Shown here: piece by piece, positions 38,504-50,065 of the stretch
Position numbering within the stretch: position 1 is the stretch's first letter
How the letters are laid out: each line of letters opens with the position of its first letter
From: a virus
Reading direction: 5' to 3' (one strand)
IMG/VR virus record: IMGVR_UViG_3300020202_000066
Location: 25,960 to 89,959 of that record
Length of the DNA: 64,000 bases
Notes under the pieces: generated by a model
The model's input: only the letters and a program-made list of their open reading frames with translations
Database searches by the model: none
Told to the model about the DNA's origin: nothing
Program-made: the position numbers and the translations under genes

Positions 38504-39693
38504 CTAGCTATCAGCGAGCGTGATAGCGATCTCGCCGGAGTACACCTGCTCTCCAGGAGCTGCGCTGAATAGCAGGCGGAGTGTCACGTAGCCGCCCGCT
38601 GCGTAGGTCCCGGCAGTCACGGTGCAGACCGTTTCGGTCCAGCCCGAGCTCGTCAGAGCGCCGACACCCGACAGCGACACGCTGGCGTTGCTGGTGTCGA
38701 AGAGCTGGACTCCCAAGAACGTATCCGCATCGGTGCCGACCCTTCTGTTCCAGATGCGGATAGTCGCCACGCGTCCTCCGGATGGAGTTGACGGCGGCAT
38801 CCGGAATCGGATGTTTGTTTGCGCGGTCTGCGTGGCGTCATCGCGGTTGTCCAACTTCAGCGCGTTGTGGAAGTTTGCGCCGTCGAACTCCTCCTCGAAG
38901 GTGGAGATGACAGCGGAGGAGGTAAACGCAGAGACTTCGCCGGGATAGGTTGGGATCAGGACTATCGCGAGGTTTGCCACCCCGCCGAGCATCGGAACCG
39001 CTCCGGCGCCGTTGTTGATTTCCCAGCGCCCAGCCGATTCATTCCAGCGGACGTAGCGTGCTCCACCGAGGCGGTTGGCGTTGATCGTCCGATTGGAGTT
39101 GGTGGTACCGTCACCCAGGTTGATCGTCTCGGCATGTGGGTTCGCAGTGGACGTCGCGAGATGCTCACCCAGAAAGGCCGTGCGGAGGGCTTGGTAGTCC
39201 GGCTCGTCCCATAGGTCACCGACGAAACGGGAGGGGATGAGTACCATCGGAACTCCTATGTCGGTCGGTACGAGACGCCGAGCCGAAGTCTCGCAAAGCG
39301 CTCCGTGGAGAGCGAGGCTGGGAGCGTCACTCGCACATCAATGTCGACGAACTCCCTGGGAGCGAGGTCGTCGAGAGGGAAGTAGTTCCCGGACGGAGAG
39401 CCATTGCCGTACGGGCCGCCGATTCCCTGGAACGATCCGACACCAGCGAGGCGGACCTCAACCCAGTGCTCGGTCATCGCCTCTGAGCCCTCTTCGTTGG
39501 TACCCCCGTAGACCGGTCCTGTGATCAGCTTAGCCGCGATCCGAACTGCGGTCAGAGTAGAGCTCCCGACGCTCGTGATCCGGATGGTGCGGACATCAGA
39601 CGTCTGACCGGGAGCCAGATTTGCGAACACAAGCTCGCGAATCTGCTCCCCGTCTATCGTGAAGACCAGAATGTGCTCGATGCTGTAGGGCAC
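38504..39693 (-). CDS. Two tail-region proteins (38504-39247; 39256-39693)
   Basis: Position in the late operon. Confidence 0.55.
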
Positions 39694-42425
39694 TACGGGA
39701 ACTCCAAGGGAATGAACCCCCGGTAGAGCTGCTCGACGTCTTGGTAGAGCGGGCCGACTCCGGCGACTTCACTTGACGCGGTCAGCCCACGGAGTTCAAC
39801 GATGCCGGTGATGTTGAGGACAGGACGGGTGACGTCAGTGAGGTCGAGCATGTACCCGGACTCCGCAAGCAGGAGCGTGCCAGCTCGATTCAGGAAGGAC
39901 TTCCGGCGAGCGCCGATGAAGTAGGCCAGTTCGCTTTCATAGCTGGTGTTATCCGGCAGGATGGTGTCCTCGCTCGGCAGACTCTCGACTAGCTCCTCGC
40001 CCGTCGCCAGCGGCCCCCCTGCGGCGTCCAGAGCTGTGATCGTTGATCGACCCGGCACCCGTAGCTCGCACGGGCTGATGAAAGTGATCACCGGCTCCGA
40101 TCGATTGGTTCGGTCCACATAGTACATACCCGCGAAAAACCTGACGCCGAGCGGAGGGATCGTGAACCAGCCGTGCGCAGTGAAGAGCATCTTATCGCCG
40201 TTCGGGGTCACCGTAGGACAGGTGAGATAGCTTCCTGGGTTGGTCCGCGAGCCGACGATCAGCTGCTCGAGTTCCGCTCCCGTGATTGCGCTATAGACGC
40301 AGAACGTGTCGCCGTGCGCGATAGGATTTCGCGGGGCATCCCATGCGTACTCCGCGAAGTGGTCACCGACGTAGGCATTCGTGTCGCCGAGATAGTCTTG
40401 GTCGTAGACCTGTCGACCCTGGGGAGGCGCTGTCTCAGCCGCCAGCGTCTCGAGCCTCACCGTGTCCTCCTCTCCGGTCCAGACAAAGGCCCAGGCTGCG
40501 ACCGGAGCTGTCGGCCCAGGATCCATCGCCACCCAGTTGCCAGCTGGCACGTATCGCTGCCACGGATAGCCGGGCGTTCTTGGATTTCCGTTGACTGGAA
40601 AGTCCATCCCGCCGGGAGACACGAATGGTATCTGGGTGAAGATGTCAGGATTGACCGGGTAGCCCTGACCAGCCGGGCGGTTGATGGGATTCCACCAACG
40701 CGCGAGCGGTGAAGACGGTCCCGTTCGCCCGGAGCCCTGGACGTAGTTGAACACTCGCCGCTGGGATCGGGACTCCAGCTCCGCGAAGGTCTTCTGTCCG
40801 CGATTCTCATTGGTCAGCGAGGAGTCATCGAAAGAGGTGGTCGTCACGTCGGCGCTATGGACGAGCGTCGCGGAGCCCGACTCGACGTGGACGGAGTAGA
40901 GCCGCTGCGTGCGCAGCACCTCTCCGCCGAAGTCCATATTCTCTTTCTCTGGGGCCGCCTCGGGCGAGCTCGTCCCCGGGCTCCAGCCCGGCGCAGGATC
41001 CGGGTTGATGCCGAACTTGTATCTGCGATGAACGCACGGGATCAGCACGTAGGACGTCGATGGGCTGGTCGCGATCGGCGGGGAGGGGACACCGGTAAGT
41101 ACCTCCTCGTCGATCTCCGTGAAGCGCACCAGGTGTGAGAACGGCGAGTAGACGTCGAATGAGTATCCCCACTGGCTAAAGTCGTCCGGACCTATGGCAT
41201 GATTGCCGAAACCACCATCTGCGTCTCGTTCAGGAAGTGAGACGCAGCCGCTTGAGTCTCCGATGGCCAGTCCATAGGACGGGTCGCCCGGAAACCCCAG
41301 ATCGAAGTCCTCGTTCGGGTTCGGATCCGGCGCAGTGAAGCTAATGTAGTAGGGGTCAACGATGTGTCGCGCGCACGTTTTGAACTCTAGCTTGAACGTC
41401 GTCAGCAACCGACTGGCTGACGTTGGGCGCCAAAGCTGAGTCTTGGCTCCTGAGACCGGATCGACCAGAATCGCACCTGTGTTCTGAGTGCCGCCGATGA
41501 CTCCCATGACTACTAGCTTTCCGGTTGCCAAGCAGTACTGAAGACCGTTCCAGGTCCAACCGGGGATGGACCGATACTCAGCGAAGGTGGTGATGTACTC
41601 GATGAAGAACGGATCCATCGGGATACCCGCATCGCCAAGCTGAGAACTCACGGCGCTGAGGGGGAACTGCCTGACTGTGTCGGATCCGAGCGCCCCTTCA
41701 GAGGGTTGCACGTAGGGCGTTCTGAAGTCTTCCGGCCGCTGATGGACGTGGTTCCCATGTCGAGCGCCTATGACCGTGATGCTGACCCAGTCGTCAATAA
41801 GATCTTGATAGTCCCAACCGCAGGAGTGGCTCGATACGTTATAGAAGGCTGCGTTCGGACGGTAGTTGGTGACGCGACCTCGGTCGTAGCTATCGATGAT
41901 GTTCGGGCTGTACTCCATCGTGTAGGCAAGAGCACTTCCGCTTGCCGACAGCAGCCCTCCGACGTTTGTGTGGCTAGCGTACAGGTACGTTTCGTCGGTG
42001 AATCCGACCTGCACGAGCTGCAGGTTCTGCTTCGGTTCCGGAAAATCCGGGATTGCGGGATCGTGGCGGCCGAGGATGCCGAAGATCTTGGCCTCAAATC
42101 CGCACGGCCGCGGTCCCCGAGTGAAGCCGATCACCTCGGATGCTGAGACCTCGCAGTTGCGCGCAAATACCAGCACGTGGTCTCCGACGCGGAAGGCCTG
42201 CGAGTTACAGGTGCCGTATCGCACCGGAAGCTTCTTCGGCCCGCTCGAGAATGGCCATCGCACCATCAGGTGATCCACGTCGCCCGGAATTAGCGCAGTG
42301 ACGACACCCTCGGTGAACTGATGGATCTTGCGGCCGCGCTGGGCAGCGCCATAGTTCTTGAGGTATGTGAGAGCCCCGCGACCGGGAGTCCCGGCGTAGT
42401 CGCCTGGCTTGCGGCTTGAGCCCAT
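39693..42425 (-). CDS. Large tail-tip protein
   Basis: 910-aa ORF after the hub gene. Confidence 0.6.
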   Translation of the reverse strand: MGSSRKPGDYAGTPGRGALTYLKNYGAAQRGRKIHQFTEGVVTALIPGDVDHLMVRWPFSSGPKKLPVRYGTCNSQAFRVGDHVLVFARNCEVSASEVIGFTRGPRPCGFEAKIFGILGRHDPAIPDFPEPKQNLQLVQVGFTDETYLYASHTNVGGLLSASGSALAYTMEYSPNIIDSYDRGRVTNYRPNAAFYNVSSHSCGWDYQDLIDDWVSITVIGARHGNHVHQRPEDFRTPYVQPSEGALGSDTVRQFPLSAVSSQLGDAGIPMDPFFIEYITTFAEYRSIPGWTWNGLQYCLATGKLVVMGVIGGTQNTGAILVDPVSGAKTQLWRPTSASRLLTTFKLEFKTCARHIVDPYYISFTAPDPNPNEDFDLGFPGDPSYGLAIGDSSGCVSLPERDADGGFGNHAIGPDDFSQWGYSFDVYSPFSHLVRFTEIDEEVLTGVPSPPIATSPSTSYVLIPCVHRRYKFGINPDPAPGWSPGTSSPEAAPEKENMDFGGEVLRTQRLYSVHVESGSATLVHSADVTTTSFDDSSLTNENRGQKTFAELESRSQRRVFNYVQGSGRTGPSSPLARWWNPINRPAGQGYPVNPDIFTQIPFVSPGGMDFPVNGNPRTPGYPWQRYVPAGNWVAMDPGPTAPVAAWAFVWTGEEDTVRLETLAAETAPPQGRQVYDQDYLGDTNAYVGDHFAEYAWDAPRNPIAHGDTFCVYSAITGAELEQLIVGSRTNPGSYLTCPTVTPNGDKMLFTAHGWFTIPPLGVRFFAGMYYVDRTNRSEPVITFISPCELRVPGRSTITALDAAGGPLATGEELVESLPSEDTILPDNTSYESELAYFIGARRKSFLNRAGTLLLAESGYMLDLTDVTRPVLNITGIVELRGLTASSEVAGVGPLYQDVEQLYRGFIPLEFP

Positions 42426-42663
42426 TACACCCTCCGACAGGAGAAGCCGTTGGCGATCTGCAGAAACGCGGTCTCGCTGATACCGACGTAGTAGCAGCTC
42501 ACGGGTTCCGTGAGGTAGACGCTCTCCCCTACCGATGCCTCATCCGTCGTCGAGAGAAGCACGAGGCCTCGCCCCCGTGGCGTCAGACACAGCCAGAGGT
42601 AGGGCCCATGTTTGGCCAGGAGCTTGCCTCGCGGAGGTCCGCCAGAGAGCTGCTCAATGGTGC

Positions 42664-43893
42664 TCATTCGTCGAGGTCACCACCAAATGCGAACGAACCG
42701 CCGGGATTCGATCGCTTCCAGTCGAGGTGCCTCCATCGGACGATGAGCGTCTGGCCGTCCATGTTGGACCCGATCCCATTCACCTCGTCGTCCGAAAGAT
42801 CCACAGTGTCACCGGCGACCATCACCGGATTGATGGTCTTTGCTGTCACCGAGAGCTGCGCCATCGCCCGGAATGTGCGGTCGATCATCTCTTGGGCGGC
42901 TGCATCAGCCTCGGCCGCGGTGCCGATCTGATTGACCGACGACAGCGCCGCCTGGCGGTAGCCGAAGATGGCCTGCTTATCGGCATCGCCGTACTCCCGA
43001 TCCCCGGTGGTGGTGACGCCGATGGTGTTCACCTGGGTCACAAGAGCTCCTGATGTCTGGCCGGGCTGCAGCTCGGAGACATTCTTCGCTGTGTCGTACG
43101 TCCAAGATTGAGCGCCGACGGCGCCTCCGGCTCGTGCGACGAAGAATCCATACTCGTCCACGTAGTGGTCGAGCGCGGCGGTGTACCGGAACAGCTCAGC
43201 GATGGAAGCTTCGACGGTCGTCGAGAACAGGGTGACCGCGATGTAGCTGTCAGCGATCGGGAGATATGATTGTCGGATGCCAGCTCGAACGAGCAACGTC
43301 GTCAGCAGGTTGTAGAGGGTTCCAGAGAACGCGATGGAGCCATCCTGTGTCCGCAGGAATTCGGCGAGATTGGCGCCGGTCACGTTCATCGAGCTATTGC
43401 CGCGACGGAACGTCGGCCGGCTTGCCGTGATCGTGCCGGTGAAGACCCGGAAGGTGTGTGTGGCACCCCGGATCTTGAACCGGACGAAGAACTTGAGGAC
43501 CTTCGCCAGATCGCCGGCACGAAGAACGTCCGGGTTCACTGCGCCGAAAGGGCTCCAGGTAGGAGCGTCGGCGAGCACCATCGAGAAGCTGTCCTGGGCG
43601 CCTTGGCTGTTCCAGTCGAAGGACGCCTGAACAAGGGCTTCGCTCAGGTCGTAGGTGGTATCGGTGTTCTGATTCGTGACCGTCGCCAAGACGGTGAACT
43701 CGTCCATCGCGTACGAGTCCGGATCCTCCATCGCCATCTTCACTTCCGGCTGCACGATGCTGATCTCGACCGGCACCCATTCAAAACACCATCCGATGTA
43801 GCTACCGCCGATCACGCCGGAGGTCGAGAATGCCCCCTCAAGAATCCCCATCTGTGTCACCGCCTTCGCGGGACACGATGAATCGCCGGCCAC
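42664..43893 (-). CDS. Baseplate hub/tail-tip protein
   Basis: Y.DE.G.FV, D...IFGYR, NP.M.AGD.V motifs. Confidence 0.65.
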   Translation of the reverse strand: MAGDSSCPAKAVTQMGILEGAFSTSGVIGGSYIGWCFEWVPVEISIVQPEVKMAMEDPDSYAMDEFTVLATVTNQNTDTTYDLSEALVQASFDWNSQGAQDSFSMVLADAPTWSPFGAVNPDVLRAGDLAKVLKFFVRFKIRGATHTFRVFTGTITASRPTFRRGNSSMNVTGANLAEFLRTQDGSIAFSGTLYNLLTTLLVRAGIRQSYLPIADSYIAVTLFSTTVEASIAELFRYTAALDHYVDEYGFFVARAGGAVGAQSWTYDTAKNVSELQPGQTSGALVTQVNTIGVTTTGDREYGDADKQAIFGYRQAALSSVNQIGTAAEADAAAQEMIDRTFRAMAQLSVTAKTINPVMVAGDTVDLSDDEVNGIGSNMDGQTLIVRWRHLDWKRSNPGGSFAFGGDLDE

Positions 43894-44577
43894 CCATCAG
43901 CGGGACGAACACGACGAGCCGACCGGACTCGTCCCTCGCCCGCTGGATGGTAGCGCCCGGTGCCCACGGTTGGTTGAGAGCAAGGAGTTCTGGCGGGAGG
44001 GATGGGCTCGCAGCAGCCCCCGGCGGCGGGATGCCTGGTAGCCGCACCTGTGGGCGTTCACCGGGCTGTGGGACTTTCGGATACTCGACCGGGCCCGGCG
44101 GATCTGGGTCGTTGTACGGGCTTGCGCGCCAGCACATCTTGTCCCAGTGGGGAGAGAACTTCTTCACGCAGCGGTGCTTGTCGGGGCAGTTCGTTTCGAG
44201 GGTGCAGTACATGGTGGTCATTTGAGCTTCTTCACCACCATCAACTCCCAGGTCAGAGAGTAGTTGCCGCCCCCGATCGGGGTGAGCTCCCACATCTTGA
44301 TCCGTACCCGGTACGCGCTCACCCCATCCGAGAACTCCCATAGCGTCTTCGCTGAGTCACGGACGGCCTTGACGGCCGCGAGCTGGTCGCGCCGGATCGC
44401 GGCTGAGCCCTTCGGTACCACATCGGTCGGGTCGACCGGGGCCGCCTGATGGAAGGACGGCCCGGCGGCTCCGGGCTGGGTGGACGTGTACCGGACCGGG
44501 TTGTCAGTGTAGTTCGCCGGCGCGGCAAACCAGGCGTCAGGCCCAGCTCCGTCGCTCGCGGCGATGTGGAAGTCCAT
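43838..44577 (-). CDS. Distal-tail-like protein (44218-44577) and Pro/Cys-rich protein (43838-44221)
   Basis: Directly follow the tape measure gene. Confidence 0.5.
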
Positions 44578-44586
44578 GTCCTATAC

Positions 44587-47500
44587 CTAGCCGCAGCAGA
44601 GCTCCCCACCCTCGCGGCTCGCCTGCAGCATCAGGCGTTCGGTGACCTCTCGGACGAGGGAGGTCATCGCCGGGTCGGTGCCGTCCACCTTGATCCGGAA
44701 GGACTGCGCCACGCCTGCGGCGGTCAGCGCGCGCTTCTGACGGAGGTTCTCCAGGTTCTCCTGGTTGAGCTGCTTCTGTTGCTCGACGAGCTCCGCCTGG
44801 AGCTGGAACTGCCCGAGGATCCGGTTCGTGATGTCGTTGCCCATCATCGAGAAAGGGCGCGTGGGATCCATCAGGTCCTTCAGGACCGGGGCGGTGCCCG
44901 TGATCGAGCCGCTCACTGCGGTGAGACTTCCCTCGATGGCCTTCATCGAACCCGTGATCTGCTCCTCTGTGATCTTCGCCATGTCAGTCACGAACTTCGA
45001 CTTCAGTTCGTAGGACTTGGCCCACGACTCGAAGGCGAACTTCGTGCGGTCGAATGCATCCTTCTGCTGGTCTCCGGAGCTTTTGACCGCAGTCCCGACA
45101 GTCTTGTGGGCAGTGACGGCCGCGGTGGCGGCAGGGGTCATGTCATACAAGGTGTCCCGGAGCCGCTTGCTTGCACCGCTCGCTTTCTCTACGGCAGATA
45201 CCTGTTTCTCGATGGCATCAGCAGCCGACTGCGCGGCCGTCTGCTGCTTCAACAAGCCGGCGAGCTCCTCTTTCCGTGCGTCGGTAACCATCGAGGTGGC
45301 CTCGGTGAGGTTGCCGATTTTGACCTTCAGTTCATTCAGGCCATTCAGCCCGGCCTTCTGCTGGGCATAGAGCCGCACAAGGGCGGCAGCTGCGCCGGTG
45401 TCGATAGCCTCGCCGGACATTTTGAATGCGTTGGAAACCGACGCAAGTACGGGCGACATCTTCGCGAGCGATTCCGCTGAATCTCCAAGTCCTGCCTTGA
45501 GAAGCCTCTGCTTATCAGTAGCGTACGCAGCCGAGTCAGCGAGGTCCGTCTGGGCTATCTTCACCGCCTCCGCGTAGGGCACGCCCGCCCGCATCAGGAG
45601 GCCAAGCTCCTTCCACGCGCTGCCATTCTTGCCGAGCGTTCGGGTGCTCTCGATGAGCTGCTCGTCAGAGAGGCGGATAGCGCCAGCGAGCTCGCGCACC
45701 GTCTGCCGGAGCCGGACGTAGCTCTGGCTGGTGGCGCTGATGGTCGTCAGGGATGCCGATAGCTCCGCCTTGCCGGCTGCGATGTCGACGCTCTCCGCAG
45801 TCATCCCGGAGAAGAAGTCCTTGACGTCGCGGCCAAGGTCGACGAGCGCTCCTTTGAAGGCCACGCCGAATGTCGTTCCAATGAGCTTCCCCTGTGCGGT
45901 GGCCTGCTGTCCTGCATCAAGCAGGCCCTGAGAGAGCCCCTCTGGGATTGCACGCGAGAGTCCGGGGATCTTCTCCAGCTGACGGACGACGTGCGAGGCG
46001 AACGTCAGCGCCATCTCGGCCAGCTTGCCGAGGGCCGCGCCGACCGCGGCAAGTCCGGCGGTGATACCGTCGAGGATTCGATTCGCGATGGCTCCGAGGT
46101 TCGACATAATCCCGGTGCCTCCACCAACGGCGCCGATCATGTTCTTGACCTTCTCCGTCAGCAGCTCGAAGCCGTAGACCACGTTATCCAAGATGATCTT
46201 CCAGCCCTCCAGGGCTTTCGGAATCAGCTTGACGAGAAGGTAAAGCTCGGCGAGGGGCACGGCCACAGCAGCCAGAGTGCTGAAGCCAGCGGCTGCTGCA
46301 GAGGCGAGTGAGCCCGTACTCGTGAGCGCGCTGCCGAAGTTGACGATCATCGGCGTGATGTCGATGAACAGGCTCTTGATCACGGTGAGTCCGGCAGTGA
46401 GAGATCCCGCCTGGAAGCCCTTTGCTGCTCCCAGCGCGGACATCGCGAGCCCTGTTGCCGTCAGGACGCCGACGACCTCTTTGGAGTTCTTGATGGCGTC
46501 GCGGAGGTGGACGCCGAAGCTCAGCATCGCGCGAGCGCCGGCATCGATACTGGGCAGGAACACAGACCCTATCTCGACGCCGACCTGAAGGAACGCTTCC
46601 TTCATTCGCTTGAGGATGTTGGTCAGGGTCTCGCTGACCATCTTGAACTTCTCCGCGAGGGCTGTGCCGCGCTCGGTAGCGTCGCTGCTTGTCTTCAGCA
46701 CGGCCTCAAAGTCCTTGTAGTGGCCAGCGAGTTGGACAACCTGCCGGCCAGATTCCTCACCGAAGATCGCCTGCGCCGTGGTCAATCGGTCGACACCGGA
46801 TGTCATCTTTCCGAGCGACTGCAGCACGGAAAGCAGGGCTTGGTTCGCATCCGTCTCGAGAGCCGTCTTGAAGGCTTTACCGGTGATCCCAACTAACTGG
46901 CCAGCTTTGTCTATGTTCCTGCCCATGTTCGCCAGCATTTCATTGATGGACGGCCCAACGCTCTCGGCGGCGACGCCAAGGTTTGCGAATTCGGCGACCA
47001 TGGCGGCCACAGTTCCGGGCTTGATCCCGAGCGTGGCCGCGGATCCGACGCGGCTGACCGCCTCGGCAATCTGGCTGGCCGATGCGGCGCTCACGTCTTG
47101 GAGCGCGGTAAAGCCGGAGGCCAGCTGCATCAGTGCCTGTTGCGAATCGCCAAGTGAGTCACGGAAAACGCTCCGAAGCGTCGTGAACGTCTGAGCTGCT
47201 TCAGCGCTCGACTCTCCTGTGATGGCCGCGAACTGAGCAGCTGTCTCGGTAAACTGCGTCAGGTCGGCGCCGCGCAGGCCGAGCTTCGCGGCACTGGAGG
47301 CCACAGTCGCCAGAGCTGCAGCCGATTCTCCCGACGCGACGGCCGTATCCTCGAGCCGGGCGCGCAGCTGTCCGAGCGCATCGCCCGTGGTGTGCGTGAT
47401 GGAGCCGAGCTTTGCCATCGCGCCCTCGAAGGCGATCGCGGCCTCAACTGGCGCATTGATGAGCGAGTCTGCGAACGTGAGGACCTTGGTCGTCAGGCTC

Positions 47501-47688
47501 TGGAAGATTCCGGAGACAGCTCCTGCGGCCTTGCCCGCCGGCGCCATCGCCTCATCCCATTTGCTGGCCAGCGACTGGACCTGACCGCCGAACTTTTCGA
47601 AGGAGCTCTGCATCGACTGCAGAGTGGCGGTGAGTTGGTCTTGTGCGGAAACCGCTACGACCAGTTCTTCAACAGTCGTGGTTCCCAC
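44587..47688 (-). CDS. Tail tape measure protein
   Basis: 1033 aa, Ala-rich, FE.AMA.L and IFGEE.G TP901-type motifs. Confidence 0.92.
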   Translation of the reverse strand: MGTTTVEELVVAVSAQDQLTATLQSMQSSFEKFGGQVQSLASKWDEAMAPAGKAAGAVSGIFQSLTTKVLTFADSLINAPVEAAIAFEGAMAKLGSITHTTGDALGQLRARLEDTAVASGESAAALATVASSAAKLGLRGADLTQFTETAAQFAAITGESSAEAAQTFTTLRSVFRDSLGDSQQALMQLASGFTALQDVSAASASQIAEAVSRVGSAATLGIKPGTVAAMVAEFANLGVAAESVGPSINEMLANMGRNIDKAGQLVGITGKAFKTALETDANQALLSVLQSLGKMTSGVDRLTTAQAIFGEESGRQVVQLAGHYKDFEAVLKTSSDATERGTALAEKFKMVSETLTNILKRMKEAFLQVGVEIGSVFLPSIDAGARAMLSFGVHLRDAIKNSKEVVGVLTATGLAMSALGAAKGFQAGSLTAGLTVIKSLFIDITPMIVNFGSALTSTGSLASAAAAGFSTLAAVAVPLAELYLLVKLIPKALEGWKIILDNVVYGFELLTEKVKNMIGAVGGGTGIMSNLGAIANRILDGITAGLAAVGAALGKLAEMALTFASHVVRQLEKIPGLSRAIPEGLSQGLLDAGQQATAQGKLIGTTFGVAFKGALVDLGRDVKDFFSGMTAESVDIAAGKAELSASLTTISATSQSYVRLRQTVRELAGAIRLSDEQLIESTRTLGKNGSAWKELGLLMRAGVPYAEAVKIAQTDLADSAAYATDKQRLLKAGLGDSAESLAKMSPVLASVSNAFKMSGEAIDTGAAAALVRLYAQQKAGLNGLNELKVKIGNLTEATSMVTDARKEELAGLLKQQTAAQSAADAIEKQVSAVEKASGASKRLRDTLYDMTPAATAAVTAHKTVGTAVKSSGDQQKDAFDRTKFAFESWAKSYELKSKFVTDMAKITEEQITGSMKAIEGSLTAVSGSITGTAPVLKDLMDPTRPFSMMGNDITNRILGQFQLQAELVEQQKQLNQENLENLRQKRALTAAGVAQSFRIKVDGTDPAMTSLVREVTERLMLQASREGGELCCG

Positions 47689-47694
47689 AGCGAT

Positions 47695-48378
47695 TCACCT
47701 ACTCATCTGCGCCCGTGGGCGAGTCGTCGCGAGTCCTGCCGGCCAGCGGCGCCGGCTCGCCCCAATAGAACGCCGCCATGTCGATGAACTCCGCGAGCGG
47801 AAGATCGGCGACCGCAGTACCAGGCGGCGAGAACACCCAGCACTGCTTCTTGTCCGCGATGGCGTGCGCCAGCAGCAGGTGGCCGGATCGACTTAGACGC
47901 TGCCTGGCGCGCTCGAGAAAGGGGTACGGTCGCCCGCCTTGGGCTTCTCGATGCCGCTCAGGCGATTGACTGCTGCGAAGGCAGCGTCGAACTGGCCAAC
48001 GGTCCAGCCTTCGAACAGGTCCAGATCGGACATCGAAACCTGTGGCTCAACGAGGGCTCGGATCAGCATGAACTTCAGCTTCGCGCCTACGTCGAGGTGG
48101 GTTTGCCCAGTCCGAGGGTCGACCACACGCGTGGCCGCCCTTTCGGCCTCATCGATATCCCCGTAGGTCAGCCCGCGAACGAGCAGGCGGCCGATGCCGG
48201 GGACGTCGATGAATTCCGTCGGCAGACGGCTGCGGCTCCCGCGGGCACGGAGCTCGTGCAGGGAGACGCAGCCGGACACGGGCGCCGCGCCCGACGCCGC
48301 GAGCGGCGCACCCGCCGGGGCATCGTGAGTGAGCTGGTTGATCTGCCCGACCACCGTCGGGTCGAAGTCGCTTCCCAC
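47695..48378 (-). CDS. Tail assembly chaperone G (47893-48378) and G-T via -1 frameshift
   Basis: C CCT TTC slippery heptamer at 47917-47923; -1 frame open to 47695. Confidence 0.75.
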
Positions 48379-48389
48379 GGAGGAGCCTC

Positions 48390-49376
48390 CTAGTTACCGG
48401 TCGCCCGGCGAGTCAGCGGGCCGGAGCCCATGAGGGTGATCGACTCGGTCACGGCGCCGGTGACCGGGTTGGACGGCTTCCAGCCGGTAACGTGGGCGAG
48501 ACCCTCCCACTCGTACTGGTCATCCTTGTGGTGACGCAGGCGGATGAGCACAAGCCCCTGCTGGTTGAACCGGTCGAACCAGTACGGCGAGGTGACGTAG
48601 CCTTCCACGCTGGCGCTCCACGACTTCGTCAGGGCGACCGAAGTCTCCCACTCGTCGTTGGCGCCGCTGAGATTCGCGGAGCCCTTCTTGGTATCCACGT
48701 CCCACTTGGTGATGTCCGCGATCAGCTGCATCGACGCAGTGCGGTACGTCACGTACATGCCGCGGACCACGCTTCCCGTGTGGATGGTCGGCAGCGCGAG
48801 TGAGCACACGATCTTGCCATTGAAGTAGTCCGGGGTGGTGCCGGGGATGTCCGCGCGCTCCTTGCCCGCATTGTCGATCTCGACGGCGACGACCGCGGCG
48901 GCCGAAGTGCCGGCCAAGGTCACGTCGGCCAGCAGGATCGATCCCACCGGAATGAACGGCGGCCCGCCGGCCGCGCCGCGAGCTCCGCCGGGTGCTCCCT
49001 CAGTGCCGGCCAGCTTGGTGACCACGCCGAGGGAACTCATCACGATGGAGTTGATGACGACGTTCGGTGTGGCGGCCGGACGCGTGAGGCTTCCGACCGT
49101 GCCCGCGGCGACCGTCAGCGAAAGGCCGGCCATGTAGGCGGAGCCCGCCGAATACGCGATGGTGTTGTTCGCGCCGTTCGGGTCGACACTGACTTCCAAC
49201 CCGGCGAGAACCCCGTTGATGCGCACGACCGGCGGCGGCACATCCGAGATCGGACGGTTCGCGAGCGTGAACGTCCGGTGGTCACCGGAGTCGGTTGCAG
49301 CCTCGATGGGGAACAGCGCGCCGCTGTCGACCGCCTGGCAGTACAGCTGGCCGTAGAGTCCGGACTTCCGTCCCAT
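48390..49376 (-). CDS. Major tail tube protein
   Basis: C-terminal W..S.EG..G.A.VT...ESITL.GSGPL; position before the chaperone. Confidence 0.75.
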   Translation of the reverse strand: MGRKSGLYGQLYCQAVDSGALFPIEAATDSGDHRTFTLANRPISDVPPPVVRINGVLAGLEVSVDPNGANNTIAYSAGSAYMAGLSLTVAAGTVGSLTRPAATPNVVINSIVMSSLGVVTKLAGTEGAPGGARGAAGGPPFIPVGSILLADVTLAGTSAAAVVAVEIDNAGKERADIPGTTPDYFNGKIVCSLALPTIHTGSVVRGMYVTYRTASMQLIADITKWDVDTKKGSANLSGANDEWETSVALTKSWSASVEGYVTSPYWFDRFNQQGLVLIRLRHHKDDQYEWEGLAHVTGWKPSNPVTGAVTESITLMGSGPLTRRATGN

Positions 49377-49561
49377 GTGCTACTCCTCCTCTCCGGCCTT
49401 GCCGGCGCTGTGGTCGGTCTGAGGGGCCTCGGACTGGACCACGCCCTGCATGACCCATTCCGAGGGGTTCTCGAACGTCCCGCCGCGGGTGGCGACGAGT
49501 TTCCAGCCTTTCTGCTGCATCTGCCTGGCTTCCTGCAGCGAGTTGACGGTCTTGATCTCCA

Positions 49562-50065
49562 TCACTTGGTCACCATCTTGGTCAGCAGATCGATGATCTT
49601 CTGGCGATCTTCAGGCTGGATCATCAGGAACGGCCGCCCCGGGACGAAAACACCGCCGCGATGCTTGTTCCGGAAGCCGAACTGCATCGGCGCGGCGTAT
49701 GGACAAGAGACGCCAAATGTGAGACGCAGTGGCTCGACCCGGTTGATGCCGGTCGCGGAGTGCGCCTTGCCGTCATACTTCGACGTCTTGCCCTTCTGCG
49801 CGCGTGCGGAGCGGGTTCCTGACGCGCCGACGGCCGCGGCAAGCACGCCAGTGTCTCGCAGCGTCCTCCCGGACTGCTCCTGTGCCCGCTGGCTGATGGC
49901 CCATCCCGTGGGGCGGCCGCCTTGGGCGAAGTTCAGCCCGACGGACCGGATGAGCACCAAGCTGGCGAGCTTCAGCGCCGGCGTGAAGTCCTTGTTGAGT
50001 GCCTTCGCTTGGAAGCGCGCGAGGATGCGCGTGAGACCGACGAGCTTGACGCCAAGTCCTGCCAT
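49562..50065 (-). CDS. Virion morphogenesis (Mu gpG-like) protein
   Basis: F...G.P..W, L.DTG.L, YA..QFG, P.RPFL. Confidence 0.8.
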   Translation of the reverse strand: MAGLGVKLVGLTRILARFQAKALNKDFTPALKLASLVLIRSVGLNFAQGGRPTGWAISQRAQEQSGRTLRDTGVLAAAVGASGTRSARAQKGKTSKYDGKAHSATGINRVEPLRLTFGVSCPYAAPMQFGFRNKHRGGVFVPGRPFLMIQPEDRQKIIDLLTKMVTK

